From Eledone cirrhosa (lineage: Eukaryota): a stretch of 64,000 bases of DNA. The position numbers and the translations under genes are program-made. How positions within the stretch are numbered: position 1 is the first letter of the stretch; each line of letters starts with the position of its first letter. The notes under the pieces are model-generated. The model was not told the DNA's origin. It did not search any database and saw only the letters and a program-made list of their open reading frames with translations. The DNA is taken from positions 386,756,001-386,820,000 of the forward strand of contig OZ024741.1 in assembly GCA_964016885.1 (NCBI GenBank), read 5' to 3'. Below, in pieces: positions 25,560-41,258 of this stretch.

Positions 25560-26425
25560 TATTTTGATCGGCTCAGTCCTTTGTAAGTCTCACAATGCAA
25601 TCAGTGGAAGTACCACTTCGGCGTTTTATAGAAGACTAGTGGTGAGTAAAAGCGACGACGTTCTCGAAGAGATTTGGGGCATCTGCATAAAGTAACTGGC
25701 TAATCTTTTCCGGAAGAATATGGACAATTTCTAATTTGGCAGTGCTAGCGAGGGGGCATTGTCAGGTTTGGATAAAATTTGCAGGCACAGAAATGCTGCC
25801 AGCTTGGCCTGTCTAAAATGTGCACAGAGCAACAAACCGATATACACGCGCACGTACAGTTCCCGAGCATTGTTGTCTTGTAGAGCTATGTCGAATAGCT
25901 GCTATCGTGTGTAAGATGGATCCTGCTATTTACTGTGAAGAGCACCCCACCGCCTTTCTTTGGTCAAATAGTGCAAGTAGATTTAATCTGTTTGGTGGAT
26001 ATGGCGAAAGAGGATGTGTGGTGGACAAGATTAAAAGGGTTGAAGATAGAAACTTTCTTCTTTGGCCAAGCTGTCACAGACTTTTTCAAGTTTCACTTGA
26101 AAAAGAAATTGAGGGTGGAAAGAAAGTGCTGTTTTCCAGCAAATTTGTTGAAAGCTAGGTGAGAATAGCGAGCATGATCCGAGTGAAGGAGTTTTCTCTA
26201 GGTATGCACCTACAGATTGGAGAAGGGCCGTGACTTTTTCTATGTGCATAAACGAAAGTCACCACACTATTAGGGAATTTTTCTTTGTTTCATTTTATTG
26301 TTACCCATTTTGTTTTCCTTTTAATTATTTCCTTATTTTACACGTTTTTCGTGTAAACCCACTCTGTATTGCCTGCACCATCCTTCATCTTTATGTAAAC
26401 CCTTGCGGTTAATAAAGACACCACT
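25560..26425 (+). mobile_element. Old degenerate Tx1 3' fragment ending at (ATC)n
   Basis: Homologous to 14490-15404 (ICLVDMAKEDVWWTRLKGLK..FFKFHLKKKLRVER). Ends CCCTTGCGGTTAATAAAGACACCACT, then ATCATC repeats. Confidence 0.8.
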
Positions 26426-26522
26426 ATCATCATCAGCATCAATATTAATCATCATCATCATCATCATCATCATCATTATTATTTTTTTTTTTTTTTTTTT
26501 TCTTATATAAATAATAAAAATA

Positions 26523-26617
26523 TTTACACGCACAAAACCCACATCGTACCGTCCTGTACCGTCCTGTGCCGTCTGTAATGTTTTTCTTGATGTCAGCCCT
26601 TGTGGCCAATAAAGAAA

Positions 26618-26619
<2 letters not shown>
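26523..26619 (+). mobile_element. Tx1 3'UTR-only fragment followed by (ATT)n
   Basis: TTTACACGCA...GTACCGTCCTG...CCCTTGTGGCCAATAAAGAAATC then ATT repeats. Confidence 0.8.
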
Positions 26620-26678
<59 letters not shown>

Positions 26679-26747
26679 CCCCAGTATTAATATTATACTC
26701 GTTTTCACTTTTATTTTATTTTATTTTATTTACTTTTAATTTTTCAG

Positions 26748-26983
26748 CTCTGATCTGTTTGACCTGCCTAGATGAACCGGATGTGGCGTTCGCCAACTAC
26801 CGGATGCTACAGAGCTTCGGACTTACAATTGCCTTTGCTTTTGGGACGTTCATGTGTGTAGCAGCTCAACTCTACTTACTGATGACATTGCTCGTAGTAG
26901 CTATTATGTGCTATGTACTAGCCGAGTACAAAGTACGACAGACCGATTCCGAAAATAACAGCTTCGATGACGAGCGACACTAA
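26748..26983 (+). CDS. UNC-93 family protein, terminal coding exon
   Basis: Pyrimidine tract and TTTTCAG acceptor. Phase 1 matches the previous exon (A+CT = Thr). Peptide VAFANYRMLQSFGLTIAFAF...LAEYK then stop. Confidence 0.85.
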
Positions 26984-27028
26984 AGGGCGCTTCAAAATCT
27001 CACTATCTATTTCCATCTCTCCCTCCCA

Positions 27029-27103
<75 letters not shown>

Positions 27104-27287
27104 CCCTCCTACACAATATCACAATATTTGCAGCTATATATTGAGAACATGTCAACATCATCATTCCATTATATATTCTTCTCTCCCTCTAGCCATCTCT
27201 CCTTCTCTATTCTCTCTCTCTTTCACCGCCATTTTCATCACCTCTATCACTTCTTAGTCTTACGTGTCCACGCTCCTTTCTCACGAA

Positions 27288-27430
<143 letters not shown>

Positions 27431-27677
27431 AACACATACATGTATATATAAATAAACACACATACATGTATATATATATATATAAACAAATATATATACA
27501 CATATATATATATACACACATACATATATAGACGCATACATGCATTCATATATATTCGTATACATCTCTATACAATACATATGAATAGCGTGTATATATA
27601 TATATATATATATATGCATAAACCAAATATATACACAAACACACATATTCACACACACGCGTGCACACACACACACT

Positions 27678-27763
<86 letters not shown>

Positions 27764-27774
27764 CATATATATAT

Positions 27775-27815
<41 letters not shown>

Positions 27816-28099
27816 AATACATATGTATGAATGTATATATGTATGTATGCATGTGTGTATATGTATTATGAAAGTATGTATGTGTCAGTTTTTCCTATAT
27901 CTCTCTACGTTTTGTTTCACTATTTCCTCTTTTTCAAGTAAAGTAAAGAACGAAAGGAAACAACAAAGAAACGAAAAGAAAAAAAGATATGAGTGGAACA
28001 CTAAATAGAAGAACGGGATGGGGCTGGGGGAACATTACCTAGACAGGATAGTGAGCTGGGGTGCCGGATTCAAACTACGGCTGGGGGAGGAATATATTG

Positions 28100-28185
28100 T
28101 AGTTATACTAACAACAGCAAAATGGGATTTAGTTTCATTTAGTGATGGTTTTATGTATATATACATACACACACACACACATACA

Positions 28186-28256
<71 letters not shown>

Positions 28257-28344
28257 GTATGTGTAAGTGTATGTATGCCTACATACATACACACACATAT
28301 ATATATACATACACACATATATATACATACATATACACATACAC

Positions 28345-28424
<80 letters not shown>

Positions 28425-28563
28425 GTAAGTGTATGTATGCATACATACATACACACACACATATATATACATACACACGTATATATATATATACATACAC
28501 ACATACATACATACAACTATCACTAAATGAAACTAAATCCCATTTTGCAGTTGTTAGTATAAC
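28100..28563. repeat. Inverted repeats of about 50 bp enclosing compound microsatellite
   Basis: AGTTATACTAACAACAGCAAAATGGGATTTAGTTTCATTTAGTGAT and its near-perfect reverse complement ending at 28563. Confidence 0.8.
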
Positions 28564-29576
28564 TTGGTGGATTGGCAGTATCAGTAGAGGGTCGGACGCC
28601 ATGCTTTGCAGCAAAGAGTTACTTCCCTTTACGGACTGAGTTCAAATCCCGCCGAGGTTAACTTTGCCTTTCATCCTTACGGGGTCGATAAAATAAAGTA
28701 CCAGTAATACACTGGATAATTGCTGGCCTTGTGCCAAAAGTAGAAACAATTATTTATATATTATTTATAGCATGCTCAGCATAATCTATTATACAGTATA
28801 TATAATAATTATGATAATTTTAATTGACTACAATGGCTGAAGATACTATAACTATGATATAGAAATAACATTTAATGCAAGAGGGTTAGCTGGGTTGGTA
28901 AGTTAGGAAACTGTAAGTTTAAGCCAGGAGAATTGAACGAATAGCCATTGGCAAAACCCATTTTTATCTACAATGACTTCACAGCATTGCTGCTTCCGCC
29001 ATCTTCATCATCATCATCATTATGATTATTATCATAACAAAAGGCGACGAATTGGCAGAATTGTTAGAGCGTCGAACAAAATACATTGTAGCATTGAGTT
29101 ACAGCCCTTTACGTTCTGAATTCAAATCCCGCCAAGGTTAGCTTTGCCTTTCATCTATATGGGGTCGATAAAATAAAGTACCAGTAACGTATTGGTGTCG
29201 ATTTGGGGCGGTGGATTGGCGGTATCGGTAGAACGTCGGACAACATGCTCTGTAGCATTGTTACGGCTCTTTATGTTCTGAGTTCAAATCCCGCGAGGTT
29301 AACTTTGATTTTCATCCTTACGGGATCGTTAAATTAAAGTACCAGTAACGCACTGGGGTCGACTTTGATCGACTTTCCTCTCCCCCAAAATTGTTGGCCA
29401 TGTACCAGAATCAGAAACCATTATTCATCATAATAATGGTTTCTACTTTTGGCACAAGACCAGCAATTACCCAGTACATTACTGGTACTTTATTTTGTCG
29501 ACCCCGTAAGGATGAAAGGCAAAGTTAACCTTGACCTTCTCATCGTCGCCCTCAACACCACTGCCACCACAACCAT

Positions 29577-29658
<82 letters not shown>

Positions 29659-29812
29659 ACTACTACTACTAATAATAATAATAGCAATAATGATGATGAT
29701 GATGGTGATAATAATTTCCTATGGGTGCCACTAAGGCGATGAATGAAGACGACAGCGATAGCAAGAACACTCATATACACATATATATACACACATATAT
29801 ATATATATACAT

Positions 29813-29860
<48 letters not shown>

Positions 29861-30173
29861 AACAAAACATCAAAATAATTCATGACGATTTTACTACGGT
29901 TGGCGATGGCGATGATGATGATGATGATGAGGGCGACGGCGGCGATTAGACTGGTGAAGTTTGTAATTGTGGTACTGCTGGTTGTGGTGATGGTGATGAG
30001 GATGGTGATGTCGACGATGATTTCAAGCAAACGGTAAAGCTGTCCTCGATGGTTAAAATATATCGATATGTTTTTTTCTACGTGATGTCACCATAGCAAC
30101 TCTTTGAAGAGTTCCGACAATTAGTCTGCTATATAGGTTCCTTTAGCTCATTCACAATTATTCAAACACACAC

Positions 30174-30218
<45 letters not shown>

Positions 30219-30360
30219 TGTGTGTGGGGGGGGGGGGGCGTGTCTGCGTCTGTGTGTCTGTGTGTCAGTTGTGTGTGTGTGTGTGTGTATGAATGTGTGC
30301 ATTTGTGAGTGTGGATGTATATATGTATCTAGATAGATAGGTAGATAGATAGGTAGGTAA

Positions 30361-30415
<55 letters not shown>

Positions 30416-30585
30416 TGAATGTATTACATATATATTTTATATACATTCGTATATTGCTATAAAATAATGACTATACAATATTACAAAATATCTATGTACA
30501 TATAAATGTCGTTATCACTTTTCTGTGTGTATATTAATTAATTTGTGTTTTTATATACGAGACAGTGTATACAGGTATATAAATA

Positions 30586-30628
<43 letters not shown>

Positions 30629-30640
30629 ATATACATATTT

Positions 30641-30804
<164 letters not shown>

Positions 30805-31313
30805 AGTGTGTGTTGACATGTATAAATGAATACAATGATTTATAATTGATCACACACATACATATGTATAAATATGTATGTATGTATGTATATACGTATG
30901 TATATACCTGTGTATGTCTGTATATATATATATATATATATATACTATCATGCACCCCGACATATATATATATTTATACATATGTATGTGTGTGATCAAT
31001 TATAAATCATGTGGATTGGCAGTATCGATAGAGGGTCGGACGCCATGCTTTGAAGCATAGAGTTACCTCCCTTTATGATCTGAGTTCAAATCCCGCCGAG
31101 GTAAACTTTGCCTTTCATCCTTACAGGGTCGATAAAATAAAGTACCAGTAATACACTGGGATAATTGCTGGCCTTGTGCCAAAAGTAGAAACAATTATAT
31201 TCATATATACATGTTAATATACAATAACGATTGCGCATATATACTTTATTCCACACAAATATATAGTAACGCACCGAATATTCATACGCAGCACACATTC
31301 ACGCAACTATACA

Positions 31314-31354
<41 letters not shown>

Positions 31355-31490
31355 CTCTATATACTATATATATTTGGACATTTATGTTTGTGTATATATA
31401 TATGCACACAATCACATATGTATGTATATGCGAGGTGTGTATATATATATATGTATATACATATATGTATGTATATATATATATATATAA

Positions 31491-31534
<44 letters not shown>

Positions 31535-31681
31535 CTGAAATTGAGCAAAGGACTTGACAATTTATGATGGAAGTGCAGAAAATAATCTGATCATTTTGGA
31601 TACCTGTCGGATAGCTAAGGTGATTGACCTTTTTTTAATTATTTTGATCTCTCTCTATATATATATATGTGTGTGTGTGTG

Positions 31682-31760
<79 letters not shown>

Positions 31761-32963
31761 ATGTATTTAGCTATCTGTTTGTTTGTCTACCAATGTATTC
31801 TGCCTGTCTGTATATTTATCTACTTATCTATCTGTCTGTCTATCTATCTATCTCTTTATCCTTCTATCCATCAACCACATAAACTTGTGATTTATTACTT
31901 TATGAAACTAGATCTATATATGTGTACATGTATGCTCGTATATTTACATGTATGTAGGTATATATTTATATTTCCTATATTTAGATTTTATCAATCTATT
32001 TCAGACGAATATTTTTTAATGTATTCTGATGAATACTAACAAGATTGAAACATCCGTTGTTTTAACCAGTTAGTTGTGACATCATCTACGGATTCGATAC
32101 TGCTGGGTGTTTCTATCTTTAATGTTCTATTAATTGAAGTGGTTTAGTTCATTACATCTTATACATGATCTACTGTGTATATCCAATTTAAAATAAGTCA
32201 CCGTATCTTTGTGTGTCTTGAGAGGCAACTGGCGCTTGGATAAGCGAATTTAGAGATCTCGTCGATCGGCACAAAAGGACATCCGGTAATAAAGGACCCC
32301 TACGGTAGCTATTAAATCTGTTATGGGGCCTGAAAGTTTAACCTCGGCTTTAGATGGAAAATGTCCTTAGCCTGCTGCGTATATTTTACACAGCTACAGT
32401 TGCTGTGCCGGGTTTTTTTTCCTGCAAAATGACTATTTTGATTGACAAACGTCACATCAATAAACTAATAACAACATCTAGCTTTGAAGTTATGAACTTT
32501 TGAGAACGAGTTCATAACTTTGAAATTATGAAATGCTGGAAAGGAGTTCAAACGTGTTAGGACGGGTTATCTCGTCCGTGCCACTGGAATGCATACATGT
32601 TAGGGCGAATTATCTCGTCTAGGCACTGAAATCAATCTAGGTTAGGTTTCGTTAAACAGGAACAATGCAGTTCAAATCCAACTAATAGCCAGCTGGTGAA
32701 AGCAACAGACATGTTTAGATTTCATCAGAACATATTCAGACACAGTATATATATATAATATGAAGTGGTTCAATAGATTCGTGGTTTACTGAGGGAGATA
32801 TCAAAATCAGCACTCTATGCTATAGCAGAGTGTATATATTAAAATGGGTGGCTCGGGATCCATGTAAATGCTAGAAACCCGACTCCAGCCCAATCTGCTC
32901 ATCAGACTTGCTAATCAAGCAAAACCAAAATCTCATCCCGTTTTGTTCTTAATACATACATAC

Positions 32964-33560
32964 ATGGTGGCTGCCAACTCGTTTTCGAGTACGGCCACTA
33001 CTTTATATCCATGTAGGAGAACCCCTACCGATGCGCTGAACGAGTGTGACTTTTTAGTCCAGCCAGCGACTTGAAAACTCTGGTACAAACACTACACTTG
33101 TGACAATTATTGACACATAGTGCTGGGCCCATGGTACCATGTGACGACAAGTGCAGAGAGATCTCCAGATATAAAGCAATGCCTGTGCCGTGAAGCTTTT
33201 ATAGTGAGCAAAGGCACTGCACAAAGCCAGTCCCACTCTCTTAACCAAGATGATATTTACCAAAAAGAAGAACAAGTCAACATCATTGGATACCATCAGG
33301 GTTGCAGGTGTTATATCAGAGTTTTCCTTCTCCTAGAATTCTGCCTTGGCAAAGGCTAAGGGGTCATCTCTCCCGGGGATTTTGGATGGCCATTGACTCT
33401 TAAGAGCTCCTTTGCCCTTTGACAGGTTTTGTTTTTAGTCCTGCAGGATGTCCAAAGTCACCCTCCTCACCAAGAAACACCAGTTTAGTCGCCAACGACC
33501 CGACCATGAGACAGGTTGTACTGGGATACATGTTACCAGTAGCACCAACTGGTGACCTGA
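32964..33560 (-). mobile_element. Non-coding element of about 600 bp in (CATA)n. Copies or relatives at 35641-35987, 36507-36546, 44785-45379, 45879-46449, 46517-47302
   Basis: All six begin ATGRTGGCTG after CATAC; complete copies end ...CATGTTACCAGTA...GACATAC. No convincing ORF. Strand inferred from truncation polarity. Confidence 0.8.
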
Positions 33561-33751
33561 CATACATATATATATATATATATACATACACACATACACA
33601 TACATACATATACATGTACATACATATATACATACATACATATATATATATACATACATATACATACATACATACATACATACATACATACATACATACA
33701 TACATACATACATACATACATACATACATACATACATACATACATACATAC

Positions 33752-35640
33752 ATGGGTGGATTATTAAGGCTTTACAGTTAGCTAAAGTCCCACAACCATT
33801 GGTAGCTGCTGTTGAACGCCTGACCAAGAACTGGTACACCAATTTGATCCTTAGAGGTGAGAAGGAGCAAGTTAAGACTGATAAGATACATTACCAGAGG
33901 GGCATCTTTCAGGGTGATAACTTGTCAGTGCTACTCTTCGTTCTCTCACTGAATCCACTATCTTACCTACTCAGGAAACAAGGTGGACAAAGAAGTGGGC
34001 TCAGAAGTATCTCCCATCTTTTCTTTGTTGATGACCTGAAGTTGTATGGGCCAAATATCAATGACATCAAGAAACAATTGGACCTCATTATACAATTTTC
34101 AACCGACATCAAAATGAAATTTGGTGAGTCCAAGTGTGCATATTTGGTAATAAAACGTGGAAGAGCTGTGCCCTCCTCTAGAAATCTAGAGATGAACGGC
34201 CTGACAATACAACCTCTGCAGTCAGGTGACAACTACAGATATCTTGGACAGGATGAGAATGTCAGATATGATGGACCCATAAATAAGGAGAGAACCAGAA
34301 CTGAATACCTCAGAAGAGTAAAGAAAATATGGTCATCAGAACTGTCAGCATACAACAAATACATTGCCCACAATACTTATGCTGTGCCAATTCTAACGCC
34401 AACATTTGGCCTGCTGAACTGGTCATTGCAAGAACTAAGTGAGATGGATGTTAGAACTCGAAAACTTCTCAGTGATACTGGGAACTTTAACATCAATGGT
34501 GATGTGGATAGGCTATACTTCTCACGCAAGGAAGGTGGCCGGGGTCTAAAATCAATATTAATAACATATGAGACCCGGATAGTAACACTGAAGCAACACC
34601 TTCAACAGAGGAAAAAGTTGGCAACCATCTTGCCCAGGTTTATGAGCATGTAAAAAAAAATATTAGAATAGCGACTGATCTGGAGGAGAGATATGGAATA
34701 AAGCCTGATATAAATCTCTCACCCAGAGAAATCGGAAGATCCTATTCAATGTTCAAACAAGATTAAAAAATTGACCAATTTACAGAAAAGGTTGTGCATG
34801 GATACTTGAGGCGTAAAACACAGACCATAGAGGGGATAAACCACTCAAAAAGCCTCGCATGGAGTTCCGACAAGTTTATGACATCACACTTTGAGGGATA
34901 TCTCTATGCAATACAGGAACAAGAACTCCCTACCAAATATCTGCTGCACAAAAGAGGAGGGCCAGCAGCTAACAATAAATGTTGGCTATGTAAAACAAAG
35001 ATCGAGGATGTAAGCCACATTGTTGCCAGCTGCGAAAGAATGTCATCTCGCTACTACCTCCCCATGAGACACGATGGTATAGCTAGAACCATCTGGAACG
35101 CACTTCGGAAAACAAAATTAACAACAAACGAGGAAGAATATATTGAGACAGATGGCACTAAGGAATACTGGTGGAACCTGAAAATAAAAACTGCCACCAA
35201 ATTAAAGCACAACCGGCCTGATATTGTTGTTTGGGACCACACATTGAAAACGTGTTCTGTTGTGGAGATCAGCTGCCCACCTGATGTAAACGTTGTCAGA
35301 AAAATACAGGACAAGGAGGACATCTACGGACCATTGATGAGGAGTTTACAAATCCAGTATCCAAGATACACCTTTAGCTTCATACCCATCATTATTGGAG
35401 CTACGGGTTATATACCAACCCGCTTGGACCAAAGTATGACTGAACTTGGATTTGCGGACAAAAAGCGCAGCTCCCTAATTCATAGTCTACAAATGGCTGC
35501 GATAGCTGGCACCTTCAAAATTTGCAAAACATTCTTGCGATTCAAGGGATGACAATTTCTTTTCTTTTACAACCTTGCCACCAGGAAGGTGGCCGGTCAA
35601 AAAAATATACTCGAAATTAAGAGAAAGAGATATAACATAC
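33752..35640 (+). mobile_element. R4-clade RLE non-LTR retrotransposon, 5'-truncated and frameshifted
   Basis: RGIFQGDNLS, FVDDLKLY, YRYLG, DVDRLY..GGRGL; CWLCK..HIVASC, RHD, HNRPDIVVWD..VEISCPPD. (CATA)n at the 5' junction, CATAC at the 3' end. Confidence 0.92.
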
Positions 35641-36129
35641 ATGATGGCTGTAAACTCTGCTAAGAGTATTGCAATCGCTTGTCAGATTATAAAGTTTAGT
35701 GCACTTTAGATTACGGCCAGCCACACGAACCTGTAACAGATCCTGACAAGCAATGCCTGTGTTTTGGAGGGTTTTTTTAAGTGGGGAAAGGCCTTGCATC
35801 GACCAATCTCACTCTCTGCGCATGGAAAACACTACCCGAAAAGGAGAACTGATCAACATCATCGGATGCTTATCATCCTTCTCACCAAGCTAACTTGGTG
35901 GGGTTGTCGGTTTAGTCGCCGACGACCCCACCATGCGACAGGTTGTACTGGGTTACATGTTACCAGTAACACTCGAGAGCGATCTGACATACATACTTAC
36001 ATTCATATATTCATACATACGTACATATGTACATATATACCTGTGTGTGTGTTTCGCTGAGTGTTTCTCTTTCAGCCCGCGATCTTTGTTAAGGTCGTTT
36101 ACCCTATCTTCTCCCTCTCTCTGTGTATG

Positions 36130-36176
<47 letters not shown>

Positions 36177-36319
36177 TGCTTATTTGTTTGCCTATCTGTC
36201 TATCTACAGATATATGTATGTGTGTGTGTATATATATATATGTGTGTATGTACATGTGTGTGCATATCCGTATGTATATCCGTATCTATATTTATGTTTA
36301 CATGTCTACCTATTTATTC

Positions 36320-36437
<118 letters not shown>

Positions 36438-37079
36438 TCATATATACATATATATATACATATACATATATATACATATACACACACATAATACATACAT
36501 ACATACATGATGGCTGCCCCCTCGTTATCGAGTATGGCCATTGCACATACATACATACATACATACATACATACATAACCATCTGCATGTCTTTGTCCGT
36601 CAATGTCTATCATATCATTTTCGCCGTCATTTAATATTTGTTTTTCTCTTTTTTTTTTCTTTATATTTCCCTGAAAAGCAGCCTACATATAGAATTCGAT
36701 GAAAGTTGAAGGAAACAAGTTTCTCTTTATATTTTCTCTGCTTCATATTTGTTCAGCGGAAGAGAAACGACATTTTTACCATTTTTTTATACAATTAATA
36801 CAAGCTGTGTACTGTTTCCACCATTTTCATCTTAGCGAAACCGACTTTCATGAATTATGTCACTTACGCTACACCATACGCTTCAATGGGTTGTCGGCTG
36901 CTTTCAACGGTAATTATGAAACAATTCATATGCTTTACTTTATTCTGACGTTCTCTTGTCTCTTGTTTTCTTTCCAATTCAGAAGTCTTCATCTTTCTTT
37001 ATCTTTTTTTTTTTAGGTTTTATTGTATTTTCTGCTACTTTTTTATTCACTCTCTTTATCTATTTTCTTTCTTGCTTTC

Positions 37080-37149
37080 TTTCTTTCTTTCTCTCTCACT
37101 CTCTCTTTTATTCTCTCTCTTGCTCACTCTCACACACACTCTCTCTCTC

Positions 37150-37196
<47 letters not shown>

Positions 37197-37730
37197 GTTC
37201 CCTCTCTCTCACTCACACTCTTGTTCACTCTCTCTCTCTAGTGTTCTCTTGTTCACTCTCTCATTTTCTCTCCTCCCTCTCCTACCCTTTCTCCTCCCTC
37301 TCCCTCTCTCCCCTCTCTACCATTTTCTTCATCTCTATTTCTTCCTCTCCCTCCTTACTCTCACTCACCCTACACTCACTCTCTCTCCATCCACTCTTTC
37401 TCTCCATCCTCTCGCTTTTCCTACTCTCTCTCTCTTCTTTTCTGTCTCCTGTCCTCTCCTCCCTCTTTCGCTCTCATTTCTCTTGCTATATCCTCTCCCT
37501 CTCTCTCACTCTCCCCTCTCTCTCTCACTCTCTCTCTCTCTCTTATCTCTCTCCCTCTCCCCTCTCCTCTCTCTTCCTCTCTCCTCTCTTCCTCTCTCCC
37601 TCTCTCTCTTATCTCACTCCCTCTCCTCTATCTTCTCTCTCCTCTCTCTCCCTCTCTCTCTCTCCCCTCTCTCTCCCTCTCCCTGTCTCTCTCTCTCTAT
37701 CCCCCCCTTTTCCCTCTCTATCTCCCCTAT
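37080..37730. repeat. Long C/T-rich polypyrimidine low-complexity tract
   Basis: About 650 bp of predominantly C and T. Confidence 0.9.
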
Positions 37731-37851
37731 ATTAAATACATTACAGAACGATTGACCAGAGTTGCCTCAACATAAGTGCCACACACGATAGACTTCATTT
37801 ATTTCAGAGCTGGAAGGCATAAACAAACTTTACATACACATACACACCACA

Positions 37852-37907
<56 letters not shown>

Positions 37908-38029
37908 CACACACACGTTTTAATTCAATATTTTTACTCACTATGAACATTCAATTTACGTTCTAATGTTGATAGTATTTCTATTAAAGATTTTATGGTA
38001 TTTGTGAAGTTTAGAGAAGTGCTTGTCAA

Positions 38030-38528
38030 CAAAACATCAACAAAACATCAACAAACCCAAATCTAACAACATACAGAACCGGCACACAGGAAAGCCTCAA
38101 AATGTTACTGTCACTTACCGGATAAGTGCCCACTACAAAATAGATGCCTGGAGTCAAATCTAGCGTACCTGTGTACTATAAATTCAGGCAACTTAGCATG
38201 GCACTACATAGGTTCTACGGAGGGGGAGTTAAAAAAAAGATGCTACGTCCACAGACACTGTATAAAGAACCGTAGACTAATGAAGACAACAACGCTCGCC
38301 AATAAAATCTGGCAGCTTAAAGATACAAACCAAGAATACTGGATTAGCTGGTCGAAATTGTCAGGGGCAAAGGCCTACAAAAATGGAATGTCCCACTGCG
38401 GACTTTGCAATATCGAGTTGCTCCATATTTTAAAATATGACAAAATGCTACTTAACAGCAAAATTGAACGGTCAATTTTCTGTAGGCACAAAGCAGCTAC
38501 TAAATTCGTTAATTTCAAACCAACTTGA
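38030..38528 (+). mobile_element. Penelope GIY-YIG endonuclease remnant, second family
   Basis: CYC..KCPLQNRCL..NLAYLC..YIGSTEGE, then TTLANKIWQLKD..C.LC..E..LLNSK.E..CRHK. Confidence 0.8.
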
Positions 38529-38588
38529 TTCGACCCAACAATTCCATAATTCAAACTGTACCACCTGAGTCCATTATAATAACCCATT

Positions 38589-38619
<31 letters not shown>

Positions 38620-39832
38620 TTAACTGCATGGCGGTGGATTGGCAGTATTGGTAGAGGGTCGGACGCTATGCTTTGACGCATACAGCCCTTGCTATTCTGA
38701 GTTCGAATCTCGCCGAGGTTAACTTTGCCTTTCATCCTTACGGGGTCGATAAAATAAAGCACCAGTAACGTACTGGGGTCGATTTTATCGATTTTCCCCT
38801 CCCCAAAAATTGCTGGCTTTGTGCCTATATAAGAAATTATTATTATTTGAATTGGCAGTATCGGTAGGGGGTTGGACGCCATGTTTTCTAGCATAGTTAC
38901 GTCCCTTTACGATCTGAGTTCAAATCCCGCCGAGGTTAACTTTGCCTTTCATCCTTACGGGGTCGATAGAATAAAGTACCAGTAATGTGCTGGGTAATTG
39001 CTGGCCTTGTGCCAAAAGTAGAAACAATTATTAACTGTCAATAAATCAACTAATCAATAAATCAACATCATAACCTCCTAACGTTTCTCTCTTTCACTCT
39101 CTTTGCCTAAATATATTTCACCTCTTACATTATATCCTATCGTATTCTCTTCACTTCTAACATAACTTCCAATTTATTAATTTATTAATTTAACCAATAC
39201 ATATATATTTAATATTTTCGTGTTTATACCATCACATCTTTATATTTTAACCACCAACACCACAACTATGTTCACTTTTCTTCGCACACATAAATTTTTT
39301 TTATTTTTTATCATCTTCATTATAACTTATTTATTATTATTTATTTATTATTATTTTTTCTTTATCTTTTATCTTTTTTCTTTTTTCTTCTTTCTTTTTC
39401 TCTTTATCTTTTTCTTTTTTTTTTTTCTTTTTCTTTCTTTATTACTGATGTTGTAATTTGAATTTCCCTAGTATATTACAAACGCCGTGTATAATTTTAA
39501 TTAGTTTTTCTGATGATTTGGTTAAGCATACATTGTATTTAAAATTGAGTGACACAACTTCAAGTGATTAGCAATTTTTAGACAACTTAATCAGTGAAAC
39601 AATTGTTAATACTGTAAATAAAACCCTTTTTGTACTGTTGACCATGTTATTCTTCACTCTTTCACTGTTATTACTCCAAGATTAACCTGCATAGTAATTC
39701 CCGAGAACTCACAAACTCGCTACCTAAGGAAACCTCTTGTTGAGTCAAACAACGCCGTACGCTAAAACTATCCACAATACGGAGTATTCACAACCTCTAA
39801 CTGGATTACCTATAACGATAATTTGTTATCCC

Positions 39833-39908
<76 letters not shown>

Positions 39909-40222
39909 ATACTTAGATGTATTCATAAGTGGGCAAGTCGCTTTCTGCAACTGGGATAAACGACTTGTTGAAGGTCTTTATATATAAATATATTAAATTT
40001 AATCGAATTAAAAATAGGGTGGGATAAGAATATTTGAGTGAAAGGTCAGACGTTCATGTATTCGAGGATTTCAAAACACAGTTAACTATATTTTATTTAA
40101 TGTTTAAAATAAAGTTGTTTGAAGGCCTTTATAGGTTCGCGTAATAAAGATAAACTTTATATCAATGGGACTCAAATCCATAACTTAAATGTGCTCCTAG
40201 ATAAGAAAGGAATAAAAAGAAA

Positions 40223-40259
<37 letters not shown>

Positions 40260-41010
40260 CAATCATTCTTTCATGCATATATACATACATACATACATAC
40301 ATACATACATACATACATACATACATACATACATACATACATACATGTATGTATAAATGTATACACGCACACACCACACAGAACTATAAACCTCTTTAAA
40401 GCGGTATCGCAGCATAACTGCAGTATGATAACTAGAACCAGTAAAGGAATAAAAGAATATATAAATAGTATCAGAGATAACTCTATCTCTACCTCGTCAG
40501 GCGCCTTGCCTGCGGGCATTTTCGCACATTATGCTGGTGTTGAACTTGCAATGACAGTTTGTGCAAAATATCAAAGAACTGCTCTTTGGTAAGATGCATG
40601 TGGGACGATAACAAAACAGAGAATGGACAGGAAATTTGACAGGTGTATTTCGACAAACACAGATATATACATAAAAATATTGCTAGAAATAAATAGACAA
40701 TAGGATTAGCATGTAAAATGTGCAACATGTTAACACTAGAAGAATGGACAAATTTAGACATTGGTCAAAGGAATGTGTTTGGATGGCGCAGCTTAACAAA
40801 AGAGGTTCTACTACTCACCAAATTTGAGAGATACAAGACAGAGCGATGGGATGAAGATGAGAAGACAATAGTTAGAGAAACAGAAAGTGAGTGAAAGTGT
40901 GGAAACGAAGGGAGATGGAGAGAGAGAGACCAAAGAATAAATAGAAAGAGGGAGATGGAGTCTCCTAAACAGAAACACAGTAGTTTATCAAGAAATGGCA
41001 TGTAGCGTTT

Positions 41011-41089
<79 letters not shown>

Positions 41090-41103
41090 ATATATATATA
41101 TAT

Positions 41104-41136
41104 ATAGCATAAGGTTTCCCTGCTAGTACCGGTTGC

Positions 41137-41229
<93 letters not shown>

Positions 41230-41258
41230 ACCGGTACTAGCAGGGAAACCTTATGCTA
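41104..41258. repeat. Palindrome centred on (AT)n
   Basis: TAGCATAAGGTTTCCCTGCTAGTACCGGTTGCAT, (AT)n, then the exact reverse complement. Confidence 0.9.

Noticed and set aside
35641-35987. 3'UTR of the R4 LINE, which would make the CATA elements its SINE partners
   Set aside because: It starts with the family terminus ATGATGGCTG after CATAC, and truncation polarity suggests the opposite strand, so it is treated as a separate insertion.
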